Origin: a virus
Lineage: Duplodnaviria; Caudoviricetes
DNA: 64,000 nt
Virus record (IMG/VR): IMGVR_UViG_3300025678_000009
Location: 1 to 64,000 of that record
Direction: 5' to 3' (one strand)
Below, in pieces: positions 28,487 to 36,540 of this stretch. A program made the translations under genes and the position numbers. Below the pieces are notes generated by a model. The model saw only the letters and a program-made list of their open reading frames with translations. It ran no database searches and was not told where the DNA came from. The first letter of the stretch is position 1. Each line of letters starts with the position of its first letter.

Positions 28487-29233
28487 ATGATTTTATTAAT
28501 GAAAGAGGAAGGAATTTTTATAGAAGGTTTTAATAATAAATATAAAATATTTTCTACAGGAGAAATAATATCGCTTTATAGATTTGCTAATAATGGTAAA
28601 AAAATAAATACTTTTATACCAATAAAGTTTAGTTATGAATCTAAAACTAAACAGTATCAATGCTCTCTTTCTTCTAAAATATATAATGTGAAAACACTTT
28701 TTATAAAGTATTTTAATTTAAATCCTCCTAATAATTTTCAAAGATTTACTTTAGACTTTAAAAATGAAAAAGGAAATTTTAATCTAAATAATTTATACTT
28801 TAAACCTTTACTTTTATCAAAAGCAAATTTTTTACCTGAAGTAATTACAAATAAAAATAATGAACCTATTCAAAAAAAATGTATCGAATGTGGAAAAATT
28901 AAAGATATTAAATTTTTTATAAAACAAGTTAATCAAAATTTAACTACTTTTAGAAATAAATGTAATACTTGTAGAAAAGATAATTTATTGCTTGAAGTTA
29001 AAAATAATCCTGATAAAAGAAAAACTTATTTGGAATATCAAAGAAAAAGAAGAAGTTTAGAACATGTAAAAGAATATCATAAACAATATGATAAAGAATA
29101 CAGAAAAACTCTTCCAAAAACTTATGTAGCACAAATATTAAGAATGTCTGTTAATGATTTGCCTGAATCTTTATATAAATTAAAAAAAGAACAAATTATA
29201 TTATCTAAAAAATTGAAAAATGAAAAATGCTGA
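28487..29233 (+). CDS. Degenerate homing-endonuclease-like protein (NUMOD4-like N-terminus, Zn ribbon)
   Basis: EGFNNKYKIFSTGEIISL; KKCIECGKIKDIKFF...NKCNTC; C-terminus LPESLYKLKKEQI. Confidence 0.5.
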   Translation: MILLMKEEGIFIEGFNNKYKIFSTGEIISLYRFANNGKKINTFIPIKFSYESKTKQYQCSLSSKIYNVKTLFIKYFNLNPPNNFQRFTLDFKNEKGNFNLNNLYFKPLLLSKANFLPEVITNKNNEPIQKKCIECGKIKDIKFFIKQVNQNLTTFRNKCNTCRKDNLLLEVKNNPDKRKTYLEYQRKRRSLEHVKEYHKQYDKEYRKTLPKTYVAQILRMSVNDLPESLYKLKKEQIILSKKLKNEKC

Positions 29234-29408
29234 AAAATTAACTCAAGATTTAATGACTGTTTTTGATAGAGTTCAAAAGGGAGAGGTTGATACAAAACAT
29301 GCTCATGCTATGGCAAAAATTGCAAATAGTGCTGTAAATATTTGTAAAGTTCAATTAAACTACAACAAACAAAAAAATTATACTAAAAAAATAAAGTTTT
29401 TAGAATAA
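29220..29408 (+). CDS. Small helical partner protein
   Basis: Overlaps the preceding gene; AHAMAKIANSAVNICKVQLNY. Confidence 0.55.
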   Translation: MKNAEKLTQDLMTVFDRVQKGEVDTKHAHAMAKIANSAVNICKVQLNYNKQKNYTKKIKFLE

Positions 29409-29480
29409 TTTAAACAAACCCTTGAAGTTGAAATAAGGTAAAAGACTTCAATATTTTTTAATTGACTAAATACCAAAATA

Positions 29481-29876
29481 ATGTCAATTTATTTATCAAA
29501 AGCAACAGAAAAAGATTTAACTAATCTTCAAAAAATAGCTGATAGAGAAGATGAACTTATTGAAATGAGAGACAGATATGGAATCTTATTAGCAGTAGGT
29601 ACATCTATAAAAGCCCTAACAGAAGTAAAAGATAAAAATAATAAACCTCTTTATAGAGTAGATTCTTACAAAAAATTAAATCATGACCATTTAGAAGAAG
29701 TTATTACTTATGATGTTCGATTAGACATTTATTCAGGTAAAAAGAATATTATACACAAATTTCAAGAAAGATTTGATAAACAAGAAGGTTATTGGTTTTT
29801 TATGGCTAAAAAGTGGTTCAATTTTTCTTCTAATGTATTAATAGGTTCAGATTGTATCATTAACAAATTAAAATAA
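29481..29876 (+). CDS. Hypothetical protein
   Basis: ORF track. Confidence 0.5.
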   Translation: MSIYLSKATEKDLTNLQKIADREDELIEMRDRYGILLAVGTSIKALTEVKDKNNKPLYRVDSYKKLNHDHLEEVITYDVRLDIYSGKKNIIHKFQERFDKQEGYWFFMAKKWFNFSSNVLIGSDCIINKLK

Positions 29877-29881
29877 ATAAT

Positions 29882-30151
29882 ATGAATCCAGTAACTCAAG
29901 CAGAAAATGAAGGAAGGCTAATATTTTTTCGAAATGGACAATACAAATATATTCCTTCTAAAAAAGCTCAAGCAAAAATAAACGAATCTAAAAGACCATT
30001 TGATTCAGAAAAAGCCAATAAAATGCATGATTTGAAGATTTCCTTTAGAAAACATATTTGGAATGAAGTTGATAGAAGATTATCCAAAATAGAAAAATAT
30101 GTAGATAAAGGGTTAGTTAAAATTCAAAACAAAGAATTTATTTTAAATTAA
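29882..30151 (+). CDS. Hypothetical protein
   Basis: ORF track. Confidence 0.5.
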   Translation: MNPVTQAENEGRLIFFRNGQYKYIPSKKAQAKINESKRPFDSEKANKMHDLKISFRKHIWNEVDRRLSKIEKYVDKGLVKIQNKEFILN

Positions 30152-30439
30152 ATCTTCATCTTTAAGAATTTGTTTATAGATGTCTTCTTCGAACTCTTCG
30201 AGGGAGGCATCTATTATTTCTTTTTCTTTATCAAAAAACTTCAATTCGTCTTCTATCTCTGCTAAATCAGTATTAGCCCAATTTCTTACACTATCTTTAA
30301 AGAAAATAATTTCTTGATAGACAGCCTTACCTTCAGGTGTAGAAAAATCAACTTTTTCATAGTCATCATAGTCAACTTCTATTGTTTCTCCTGTAGCAAG
30401 TGTTATTTTTAATCCCATTATATTTAATTTACTTTTCAT
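30143..30439 (-). CDS. Acidic hypothetical protein, lone antisense gene
   Basis: Own -7 promoter box TATCTTTG at 30441-30448 on the minus strand. Confidence 0.6.
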   Translation of the reverse strand: MKSKLNIMGLKITLATGETIEVDYDDYEKVDFSTPEGKAVYQEIIFFKDSVRNWANTDLAEIEDELKFFDKEKEIIDASLEEFEEDIYKQILKDEDLI

Positions 30440-30490
30440 TCAAAGATATAACAAAAATTTAATAAAAATATTACTTAATAATTTAATAAT

Positions 30491-32158
30491 ATGAAAACGT
30501 TAAAAGATTTTACTCCTGAAATACAAGCTAAAATACCTGAATACCAAAACAGAGTTTTAGAACCAATTTTTAATGGTTCTAAATACCATAATTTTGATAT
30601 TGAAAAAGCAAAAAAAGCAATAAAATGGAATTATGAAAAATGTGGGTATAAAATGCCAATAGTGTTAGTAGCAGAAAACCCACTAGAGCAACAATATCTA
30701 TTTAATTATTTAAAACTAAATATTAAAAAATACGAGAAAACATTATATGTTTTAAATAATGAATTTGTAGAAATAAAAATAAATGATATAAAATGTAAAA
30801 TAAGCAGCTATTTTATATTGTTTTTTAATTTTACAAATCTAAGCATAGATAATCAGCTTCGTAGTCAGCTTGATAGTCAGCTTAGTAGTCAGCTTGATAG
30901 TCAGCTTAGTAGTCAGCTTGATAGTCAGCTTCGTAGTCAGCTTGATAGTCAGCTTGATAGTCAGCTTAGTAGTCAGCTTTATAGTCAGCTTCGTAGTCAG
31001 CTTAATAGTCAGCTTAGTAGTCAGCTTTATAGTCAGCTTCGTAGTCAGCTTCGTAGTCAGCTTGATAGTCAGCTTAGTAGTCAGCTTGATAGTCAGCTTG
31101 ATAGTCAGCTTAGTAGTCAACTTTATAGTCAGCTTCGTAGTCAGCTTTATAGTCAGCTTGATAGTCAGCTTCGTAGTCAGCTTGATAGTCAGCTTAGTAG
31201 TCAGCTTGATAGTCAGCTTAATAATCAGCTTTATAATCAACTTAATAGTCAGCTTCGTAATGAACTCAAAAAATGTAAACTAAAAGATTTATCAAAATAT
31301 AACCCCAACTATCTGTTTACATTAAACATTTATTCAGAAGTCTATTATACCTGGTTCGAATTTATAAGAAAGGAATTTGACTTACCTTTAACTATTAATG
31401 ATGATTTTCAAGAATGTTTTAAATTACATTCTGAGTCTAATATTTATTCTGCAATTTTTTCAAAAGAAGTTTGTGTTATTTCTAAATATCCTTTAGAAAT
31501 ACATCAGGAAAAAACTCAATTCAGATTAAATAACATAGAAAAATCTGCTGTTATATGGTCTAATTCTTTTGCTCCTTTTGATTGTTACTATGTAAATGGA
31601 TTAAATATTTCTAAAGATTTATTTGAAAAATTATCCAAAAAAGAAGTAACATTTGAGGATTGGATGAAAGAACCAAATGAAGAAATTAAAGCAGCAATAT
31701 TAAGTTTCTATCAACAAAAGTTTGGAGATGAATATTTATTTCAATTTTTATCTAAAAATTTAAAAGAAATTGATACATTTGTAGATAAAAAAGACAGTAA
31801 GTATTTAGAAAGAACTACTAAGGGAATGAACATTGGTGTTTATACTTTATTCAAAGGGAATGTAAATGATGTAGATATAGCTTATATAAGATGTTATTGT
31901 CCATCAACAGATAGAATGTTTTTTCTTGGTGTAAACCCTGAAAATACAAATGCTAAAGATGCAATAGCTTCATTATATCAAGTTCCACGAAAACTTAAAG
32001 ATGAAATAGTTAGTATCCAAAGACAAGGTGAAATTTTTAGTACTAATTTTACAGAAAATGGATTATTTTTACTGAAAGAAATGAAACAAGAAGATATACA
32101 AGACATGACATCTATTTCAGGAAATGATTATTTTAAACTAATAAAATATGAATATTAA
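30491..32158 (+). CDS. DUF6745-like protein with tetrapeptide repeat
   Basis: QLxS repeat region, then YxxWFEF...SKYP...RL...AVIW, and C-terminal YIRCYCPSTDRMFFLGV...RQGE. Confidence 0.65.
   Translation: MKTLKDFTPEIQAKIPEYQNRVLEPIFNGSKYHNFDIEKAKKAIKWNYEKCGYKMPIVLVAENPLEQQYLFNYLKLNIKKYEKTLYVLNNEFVEIKINDIKCKISSYFILFFNFTNLSIDNQLRSQLDSQLSSQLDSQLSSQLDSQLRSQLDSQLDSQLSSQLYSQLRSQLNSQLSSQLYSQLRSQLRSQLDSQLSSQLDSQLDSQLSSQLYSQLRSQLYSQLDSQLRSQLDSQLSSQLDSQLNNQLYNQLNSQLRNELKKCKLKDLSKYNPNYLFTLNIYSEVYYTWFEFIRKEFDLPLTINDDFQECFKLHSESNIYSAIFSKEVCVISKYPLEIHQEKTQFRLNNIEKSAVIWSNSFAPFDCYYVNGLNISKDLFEKLSKKEVTFEDWMKEPNEEIKAAILSFYQQKFGDEYLFQFLSKNLKEIDTFVDKKDSKYLERTTKGMNIGVYTLFKGNVNDVDIAYIRCYCPSTDRMFFLGVNPENTNAKDAIASLYQVPRKLKDEIVSIQRQGEIFSTNFTENGLFLLKEMKQEDIQDMTSISGNDYFKLIKYEY
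30854..31261 (+). repeat. Coding tandem repeat, about 34 x 12 bp (CAGCTT-NNT-AGT)
   Basis: Encodes QL[R/D/S/Y/N]S; variation is almost confined to one codon per unit. Confidence 0.95.
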
Positions 32159-32348
32159 ATTCATGATTATTCTATCAACCATTTTATGTATATTTGCTAA
32201 TTGTATTAGATTTGCAGAATTAGCAGACTATACAATAATTACAAGTTTTAAAGATTATTTAAAAATTAATAATTATATAACTTTAAAATATAATTTTGTA
32301 TGGTTATTAATAACTTGTATATTAATTTTTATTCATTATAAACTTTAA
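32148..32348 (+). CDS. Small membrane protein
   Basis: Two hydrophobic segments. Confidence 0.45.
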   Translation: MNIKFMIILSTILCIFANCIRFAELADYTIITSFKDYLKINNYITLKYNFVWLLITCILIFIHYKL

Positions 32349-32352
32349 AAGT

Positions 32353-32853
32353 ATGACTGATTTTTTTAAATATAAAGGATATACTATTTTTAAAAATGGT
32401 GATATAATAGGTAAATATAATAAAAAATTATCCCCAAAAGATAATAGAAAAGGTTATAAAACAATTGGAATACACTTTGATAATAAAGTAAAATATGAAT
32501 ATATACATAGATTAATCGCTATTCATTTTATACCAAATCCTGAAAATAAGCCTTGTGTTAATCATATTGATGGAAATAAAAGTAATAATTCTGTAGATAA
32601 TTTAGAATGGGTTAGTTATTCAGAAAATGTAAAACATGCATATAACAACAATTTATGGAATAACCAAATAAAAAATAATAGAGTAGGTAAAAACAGTTCT
32701 AAAAAAGTTATAGATATATCTAATAGTAAGATATTTAATTCAGCAAAAGAGTTATCAGAAGAGTTAAATATAAATTATACTCACTTATTACAAAATTTAA
32801 GAGGGGAAAGAAGAAGTAAAAATTTATCAAAATTTAAATATTTAAACAAATAA
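32353..32853 (+). CDS. Free-standing HNH homing endonuclease (with NUMOD1-like C-terminus)
   Basis: YIHRLIAIHFIPNPENKPCVNHIDGNKSNNSVDNLEWVSYSENVKH. Confidence 0.9.
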   Translation: MTDFFKYKGYTIFKNGDIIGKYNKKLSPKDNRKGYKTIGIHFDNKVKYEYIHRLIAIHFIPNPENKPCVNHIDGNKSNNSVDNLEWVSYSENVKHAYNNNLWNNQIKNNRVGKNSSKKVIDISNSKIFNSAKELSEELNINYTHLLQNLRGERRSKNLSKFKYLNK

Positions 32854-32855
32854 AA

Positions 32856-33101
32856 ATGGAAAATTTAAAAGAGAAACAAAGAGTCAATGTTGCAAGTAAA
32901 GAATCTACAAACGGTCATTGGTGTAAAGGTGCAAAAAAAGTAGTAATGTTAGATAAAATTACAGAAACTTCATTTATTGAGGGAGATTGTATTTTATCTA
33001 CAAAAAACCATACAGATTTAGAAATGAAGTCTGATTGTTTAATTACAATTCAAAATGTGTATAATCCTTTAACACAAATGTTAGAAAAATCAAAAGATTA
33101 A
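32856..33101 (+). CDS. Small beta protein, likely partner of the DUF6745-like protein
   Basis: STNGH...TKNH...IQNVYNP...SKD echoes the GHxH...HxxH...QxEYxP...VxD pattern of genes that accompany DUF6745. Confidence 0.5.
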   Translation: MENLKEKQRVNVASKESTNGHWCKGAKKVVMLDKITETSFIEGDCILSTKNHTDLEMKSDCLITIQNVYNPLTQMLEKSKD

Positions 33102-33406
33102 TGATAGGAATAGATATAAAAAACGGACAATTTGTAGTATATCCTTCAGGAGAAGTTTTAACTTCTCTTGAAGGTAAAATTACCAAATCCTATTATAGAA
33201 AAGTAGGAGAAAAGTATCAATTAAAAGTATGTTTTGAAAAAGATGGACAAGAATATACATTGAATTGTATAACAGGTAATGTTACATATCAATCTTTAGT
33301 GACAACTTTGATTGAAAATACAGAAGATATGAATATTTCTATAGAAAGAAAAAATAATGGAATGCAGGATTATTATTTAATAAAAAATAACAAAATATTA
33401 ATATAA
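33101..33406 (+). CDS. Hypothetical protein
   Basis: ORF track. Confidence 0.5.
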   Translation: MIGIDIKNGQFVVYPSGEVLTSLEGKITKSYYRKVGEKYQLKVCFEKDGQEYTLNCITGNVTYQSLVTTLIENTEDMNISIERKNNGMQDYYLIKNNKILI

Positions 33407-33425
33407 ATTTATCTATATTTGTTCC

Positions 33426-34421
33426 ATGAACAAAAAGATAAAAATATTAACATTAGTAAATTTAGGGGGGAGTAAATACCATAGAGTAATTATTCCCCTC
33501 GATTTATTAGACAAAGAAAAGTACGAAGTGGTATATCTCAATGAAAAGTTTGTAATAGAACAATCTGTAAAAGATATAGATTATTTATATATTCATTGGA
33601 GACAACATACAAAATGCATATACCTTTCTTTATGGAAAGAAAAATATGGGTTCAAAATTATCCAAGATATAGATGATTATTGGGTATTGCCTCATAATCA
33701 CTACGCTCAAAAAAGAATTACTGAAATAAAAAATCAATTATTTGATCAACTTACTCTTGCAGATATTGTTTTATGCTCAACACAATTTTTAGTGGACAAA
33801 TGTCAAAAATTTAATGACAATTGTCATCTCAGAGAAAATTATATACCTATAGATTACCAACAATTTCAACCTGAATTCATAAAGGTTGAAAATAGAAAAC
33901 CAACTATAGGTATATGTGGTTCTTTGAGTCATTATGACGATTGGATGTCTATAAGAAATCAATTAAAAAGAATACAAAGTTTAGATAAATACTTTGACTT
34001 TGTAGTTGCAGGTTATGCTGATGAAAATAAAAGTTCTAAAGACAGATGGGATAAAATAGTAAGATTATTTAAAAATCCTAAAGTTTATAGACATCTTCCT
34101 GTAAATCAATACATTAATTTCTATAAACACATTGATATTTTATTAGCTCCTTTAGAAGTAAATGAATTCAATAAATCTAAAAGTGGTTTAAAGATATTAG
34201 AAGCTGGAGTAAAATCTACTATTACGCTTTCTAATAATCTATATAGAGAAAAAGGTATTGATACCTATTTATCTGTAGATGATAAATCTTATTTTGAACA
34301 CTTAAGTGAATTAAAAAATATAGATATATTAAATGATTATAAACAATCATTTTATCAATTAATAATAGAAAAAAACAAACAACTTCAAATAACTAATCAA
34401 TTAGATAAATTTTTGATATGA
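33426..34421 (+). CDS. GT-B (family 4-like) glycosyltransferase
   Basis: GSKYHRVIIP...IIQDIDDYW...ADIVLCST...DILLAPLEVNEFNKSKSGLKILEAG; -7 box TATATTTG at 33414-33421. Confidence 0.8.
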   Translation: MNKKIKILTLVNLGGSKYHRVIIPLDLLDKEKYEVVYLNEKFVIEQSVKDIDYLYIHWRQHTKCIYLSLWKEKYGFKIIQDIDDYWVLPHNHYAQKRITEIKNQLFDQLTLADIVLCSTQFLVDKCQKFNDNCHLRENYIPIDYQQFQPEFIKVENRKPTIGICGSLSHYDDWMSIRNQLKRIQSLDKYFDFVVAGYADENKSSKDRWDKIVRLFKNPKVYRHLPVNQYINFYKHIDILLAPLEVNEFNKSKSGLKILEAGVKSTITLSNNLYREKGIDTYLSVDDKSYFEHLSELKNIDILNDYKQSFYQLIIEKNKQLQITNQLDKFLI

Positions 34422-34567
34422 AAGTAAAGTTTCTAAACATGTGTTCAAGAAAAGATAACGGGACACTATTTTTTGCAATCCTGCCAACAATAACTATAGC
34501 ATCTAATAAAAATCAAAATTATTTGTATTTTGCTTGGTTAAATTATTTAATCGTAATAGAGATATAA
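34418..34567 (+). CDS. Small hypothetical protein (49 aa)
   Basis: ATGA overlap with the glycosyltransferase; ...FAILPTITI...YFAWLNYLIVIEI. Confidence 0.4.
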   Translation: MKVKFLNMCSRKDNGTLFFAILPTITIASNKNQNYLYFAWLNYLIVIEI

Positions 34568-34653
34568 ATTTTAAAGAAACACAAATATGTCAAACGAAGA
34601 ACAAAACGGCTTTTTTTGCCAATACATTGTTAGCAGCAGTAACGGATTTAAAA

Positions 34654-34842
34654 ATGGAACATTCAAAACAAGAAAAAGAAATTTACGAATTAGCAGAACT
34701 TTTGATGCAGTCTGAAAACTTAGAAGCAAGTGCAACTATCCTTCGTGATTTTGCTGAAAAATGTTACCAAGAAGGTGCAATAGATGCTCAAAATGATGCG
34801 GCAAAAGAAATACGTGAACACTATGTAGAAGGTGGTCGGTAG
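34654..34842 (+). CDS. Cassette A ORF (62 aa, hypothetical)
   Basis: MEHSKQEKEIYELAELL...EGGR; the TAG stop overlaps the cassette end GTTATTGCTGCTAAC. Confidence 0.65.
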   Translation: MEHSKQEKEIYELAELLMQSENLEASATILRDFAEKCYQEGAIDAQNDAAKEIREHYVEGGR

Positions 34843-34849
34843 TTATTGC

Positions 34850-34926
34850 TGCTAACGGGATGCAGCTATACGCAGTTGTGTGTAGGATTTGTGCGGTGGG
34901 AAAATTGCGTATAGGTGCTGTTATAT
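34850..34926 (+). other. attC-like site 1 (77 bp)
   Basis: TGCTAAC...GTTATAT; arms GCAGCTATACGCAGTT (34862-34877) / AATTGCGTATAGGTGC (34903-34918). Confidence 0.8.
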
Positions 34927-35021
34927 GAAGTAGGGATTATTTAGCAGAAACTTCATTTGGAACACGAAAATAAATTTAAAATAAAAGCCTTGGGCGGGCT
35001 TCGTAAAACCCAATAAATAAA

Positions 35022-35309
35022 ATGGATAAATTATCTGACGCACCATTAGAGTCAATGGTTGCACCAATACAAAGAGAGCCTAAAATGGGCAAGGTTTACA
35101 TCGGAACAAAAGTAATCCGTGCAGAACCTATGAGTAATGAAGCGTGGCTACGTTCACAAAACAAATGGCAGGAAGGACAAGAAACTGCTGGTGATGGCTA
35201 TAAAGTTCAATACGAAGATGGTTACTTATCTTGGTCGCCTAAGCACGTTTTTGAACGCTGTTATCGTGAGCTTACGCCACAAGAAGTAGGAATGGTAATC
35301 GAGTATTAA
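35022..35309 (+). CDS. Cassette B ORF, widespread phage domain (YIGTKVIRAEP...GYKVQYEDGYLSWSPKHVFE)
   Basis: Recognisable motif of a domain often fused to DUF2829 or other small phage domains. Confidence 0.7.
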   Translation: MDKLSDAPLESMVAPIQREPKMGKVYIGTKVIRAEPMSNEAWLRSQNKWQEGQETAGDGYKVQYEDGYLSWSPKHVFERCYRELTPQEVGMVIEY

Positions 35310-35382
35310 TTATCAGTGCGGTGGGGCTTTTATTTTAAATTTCTAAACGAAATGCTTAATCGAAGCTCTACCGTCCTATTTC

Positions 35383-35515
35383 ATATAACGGTAAACGGCT
35401 ATGCTTAGTGCCGATTTTGAAAGACTAAGCTAATTTTAAACAACAAATTTTTATATGGAAAATACAGGATTATTTAACGCAGAAGGTAAGGCATTGAGCA
35501 TAGCCGATGTTATGG
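35383..35515 (+). other. attC-like site 2 (133 bp)
   Basis: ATATAAC...GTTATGG; arms CGGCTATGCTTAGTGCC (35396-35412) / GGCATTGAGCATAGCCG (35490-35506). Confidence 0.8.
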
Positions 35516-35664
35516 CTATGTTGCCAACCGCAATGATTAACAGAGTTGAAGTGATTGACGAAAATGGCAGGAGCTACGTTAATTGGAAACCAGCAAACAG
35601 AACCGAATTACAGGTGCAAGATAATGGCAGAACGCTAAAAGTATTCGTGTCGCAAGGCAATTAG
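35455..35664 (+). CDS. Cassette C ORF (69 aa), start codon inside attC 2
   Basis: INRVEVIDENGRSYVNW...ELQVQDNGRTLKVFV; stop TAG abuts CCATAAC. Confidence 0.7.
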   Translation: MENTGLFNAEGKALSIADVMAMLPTAMINRVEVIDENGRSYVNWKPANRTELQVQDNGRTLKVFVSQGN

Positions 35665-35767
35665 CCATAACGTTTTGCGGCTTGGTGTCTGTTATTTTGC
35701 CTTGCAGACATTTCAAGTTTTAGATAAATTTAATAGGTAAAATAATAGCACTAAGCCGCTGTTAGTG
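35665..35767 (+). other. attC-like site 3 (103 bp)
   Basis: CCATAAC...GTTAGTG; arms GCGGCTTGGTGTCTGTTATTTTGCC (35677-35701) / GGTAAAATAATAGCACTAAGCCGC (35736-35759), with one bulged T. Confidence 0.85.
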
Positions 35768-35791
35768 GCTGGTGCGGTAAATTAAACTAAA

Positions 35792-36058
35792 ATGAAACAG
35801 ATAGACAAAACTTTCTATTCTCTTTGCGAAGAAATAGACGATTTAAAAGAAGCAGTTGAATATTGGAAAACAATGTATGAAACTGAAAGAGCAACTAACA
35901 ATAAGATGCTTAATGATAATTTAGAAACTGCGAAACAAGGCGTTGCAAATGCTTTAAGGTTTGCTCTTTCGGTTTCAGATGACGAAAATGGAAACTTGGT
36001 TATTAGTAAAGAGAATAGAAAAGATTTAGCAGAAAATTGGATTGGAAGCGGTAAGTAG
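35792..36058 (+). CDS. Cassette D ORF (88 aa, coiled-coil hypothetical)
   Basis: Stop TAG overlaps GCACTTGCCACTAAC. Confidence 0.7.
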   Translation: MKQIDKTFYSLCEEIDDLKEAVEYWKTMYETERATNNKMLNDNLETAKQGVANALRFALSVSDDENGNLVISKENRKDLAENWIGSGK

Positions 36059-36065
36059 CACTTGC

Positions 36066-36198
36066 CACTAACGGTTCACGGCTTGTTGTCAGGCGGGGAT
36101 TTAGAACCACAAATTTTCAATAAACAATAAAACTTAATAAAATGAGCGAAATTTCAAACAACCACGAAACCGCCAATGGCACAAAACCCGTGTTATCG
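36066..36198 (+). other. attC-like site 4 (133 bp)
   Basis: CACTAAC...GTTATCG; arms ACGGCTTGTTGTCAGGCGG (36078-36096) / CCGCCAATGGCACAAAACCCGT (36170-36191). Confidence 0.75.
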
Positions 36199-36540
36199 GC
36201 TGTTTTTCTTCATCAGAAAATCGAAAAGTTAATCCCATTTATAAGTGAGGAATTTATCACTTATCCACTTTTGGAGGAAGGCAAATACATACCTTTCTTA
36301 AAATGCTGGCAAAAAGCAGATACGGAAAACAAATGTACTCGGTTGTCAAATAGATTAAATAAGCACTTTGAAAAAACAGGTTATGAAATTTCATTTATTG
36401 GCAAAGAACATAGAAGCGTTATTCACGAATTTTACCTTTACCCAAAGTGGAAAGAATTAAAAAACGGTTCTTATAAATTTGTCAAAAAAGATTGGTCTAT
36501 TGAGGAAATGTTGGATTTGTTGGGTTATGTCCTAAAATAG
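36142..36540 (+). CDS. Cassette E ORF (132 aa), start codon inside attC 4
   Basis: N-terminal MSEISNNHETANGTKPVLSAV is encoded by the attC right arm; stop TAG abuts CCGATAAC. Confidence 0.7.
   Translation: MSEISNNHETANGTKPVLSAVFLHQKIEKLIPFISEEFITYPLLEEGKYIPFLKCWQKADTENKCTRLSNRLNKHFEKTGYEISFIGKEHRSVIHEFYLYPKWKELKNGSYKFVKKDWSIEEMLDLLGYVLK

Noticed and set aside
30854-31261. Possible DGR variable region: all variable codons are derivable from AAT by adenine changes
   Set aside because: Adenines in the flanking CAG and AGT codons are essentially invariant, there is no separate template repeat, and no reverse transcriptase is in the window; tandem-repeat slippage explains it.
30839-31283. ORF-track entries 30839..31240 (-) and 30870..31283 (+)
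   Set aside because: Alternative-frame shadows of the 12-bp repeat, which lacks stops in those frames.
34454-34490. GATAACGGGACAC... as the left arm of the first attC
   Set aside because: Pairs poorly with the right arm at 34608-34631 and lies inside a plausible 49-aa ORF.
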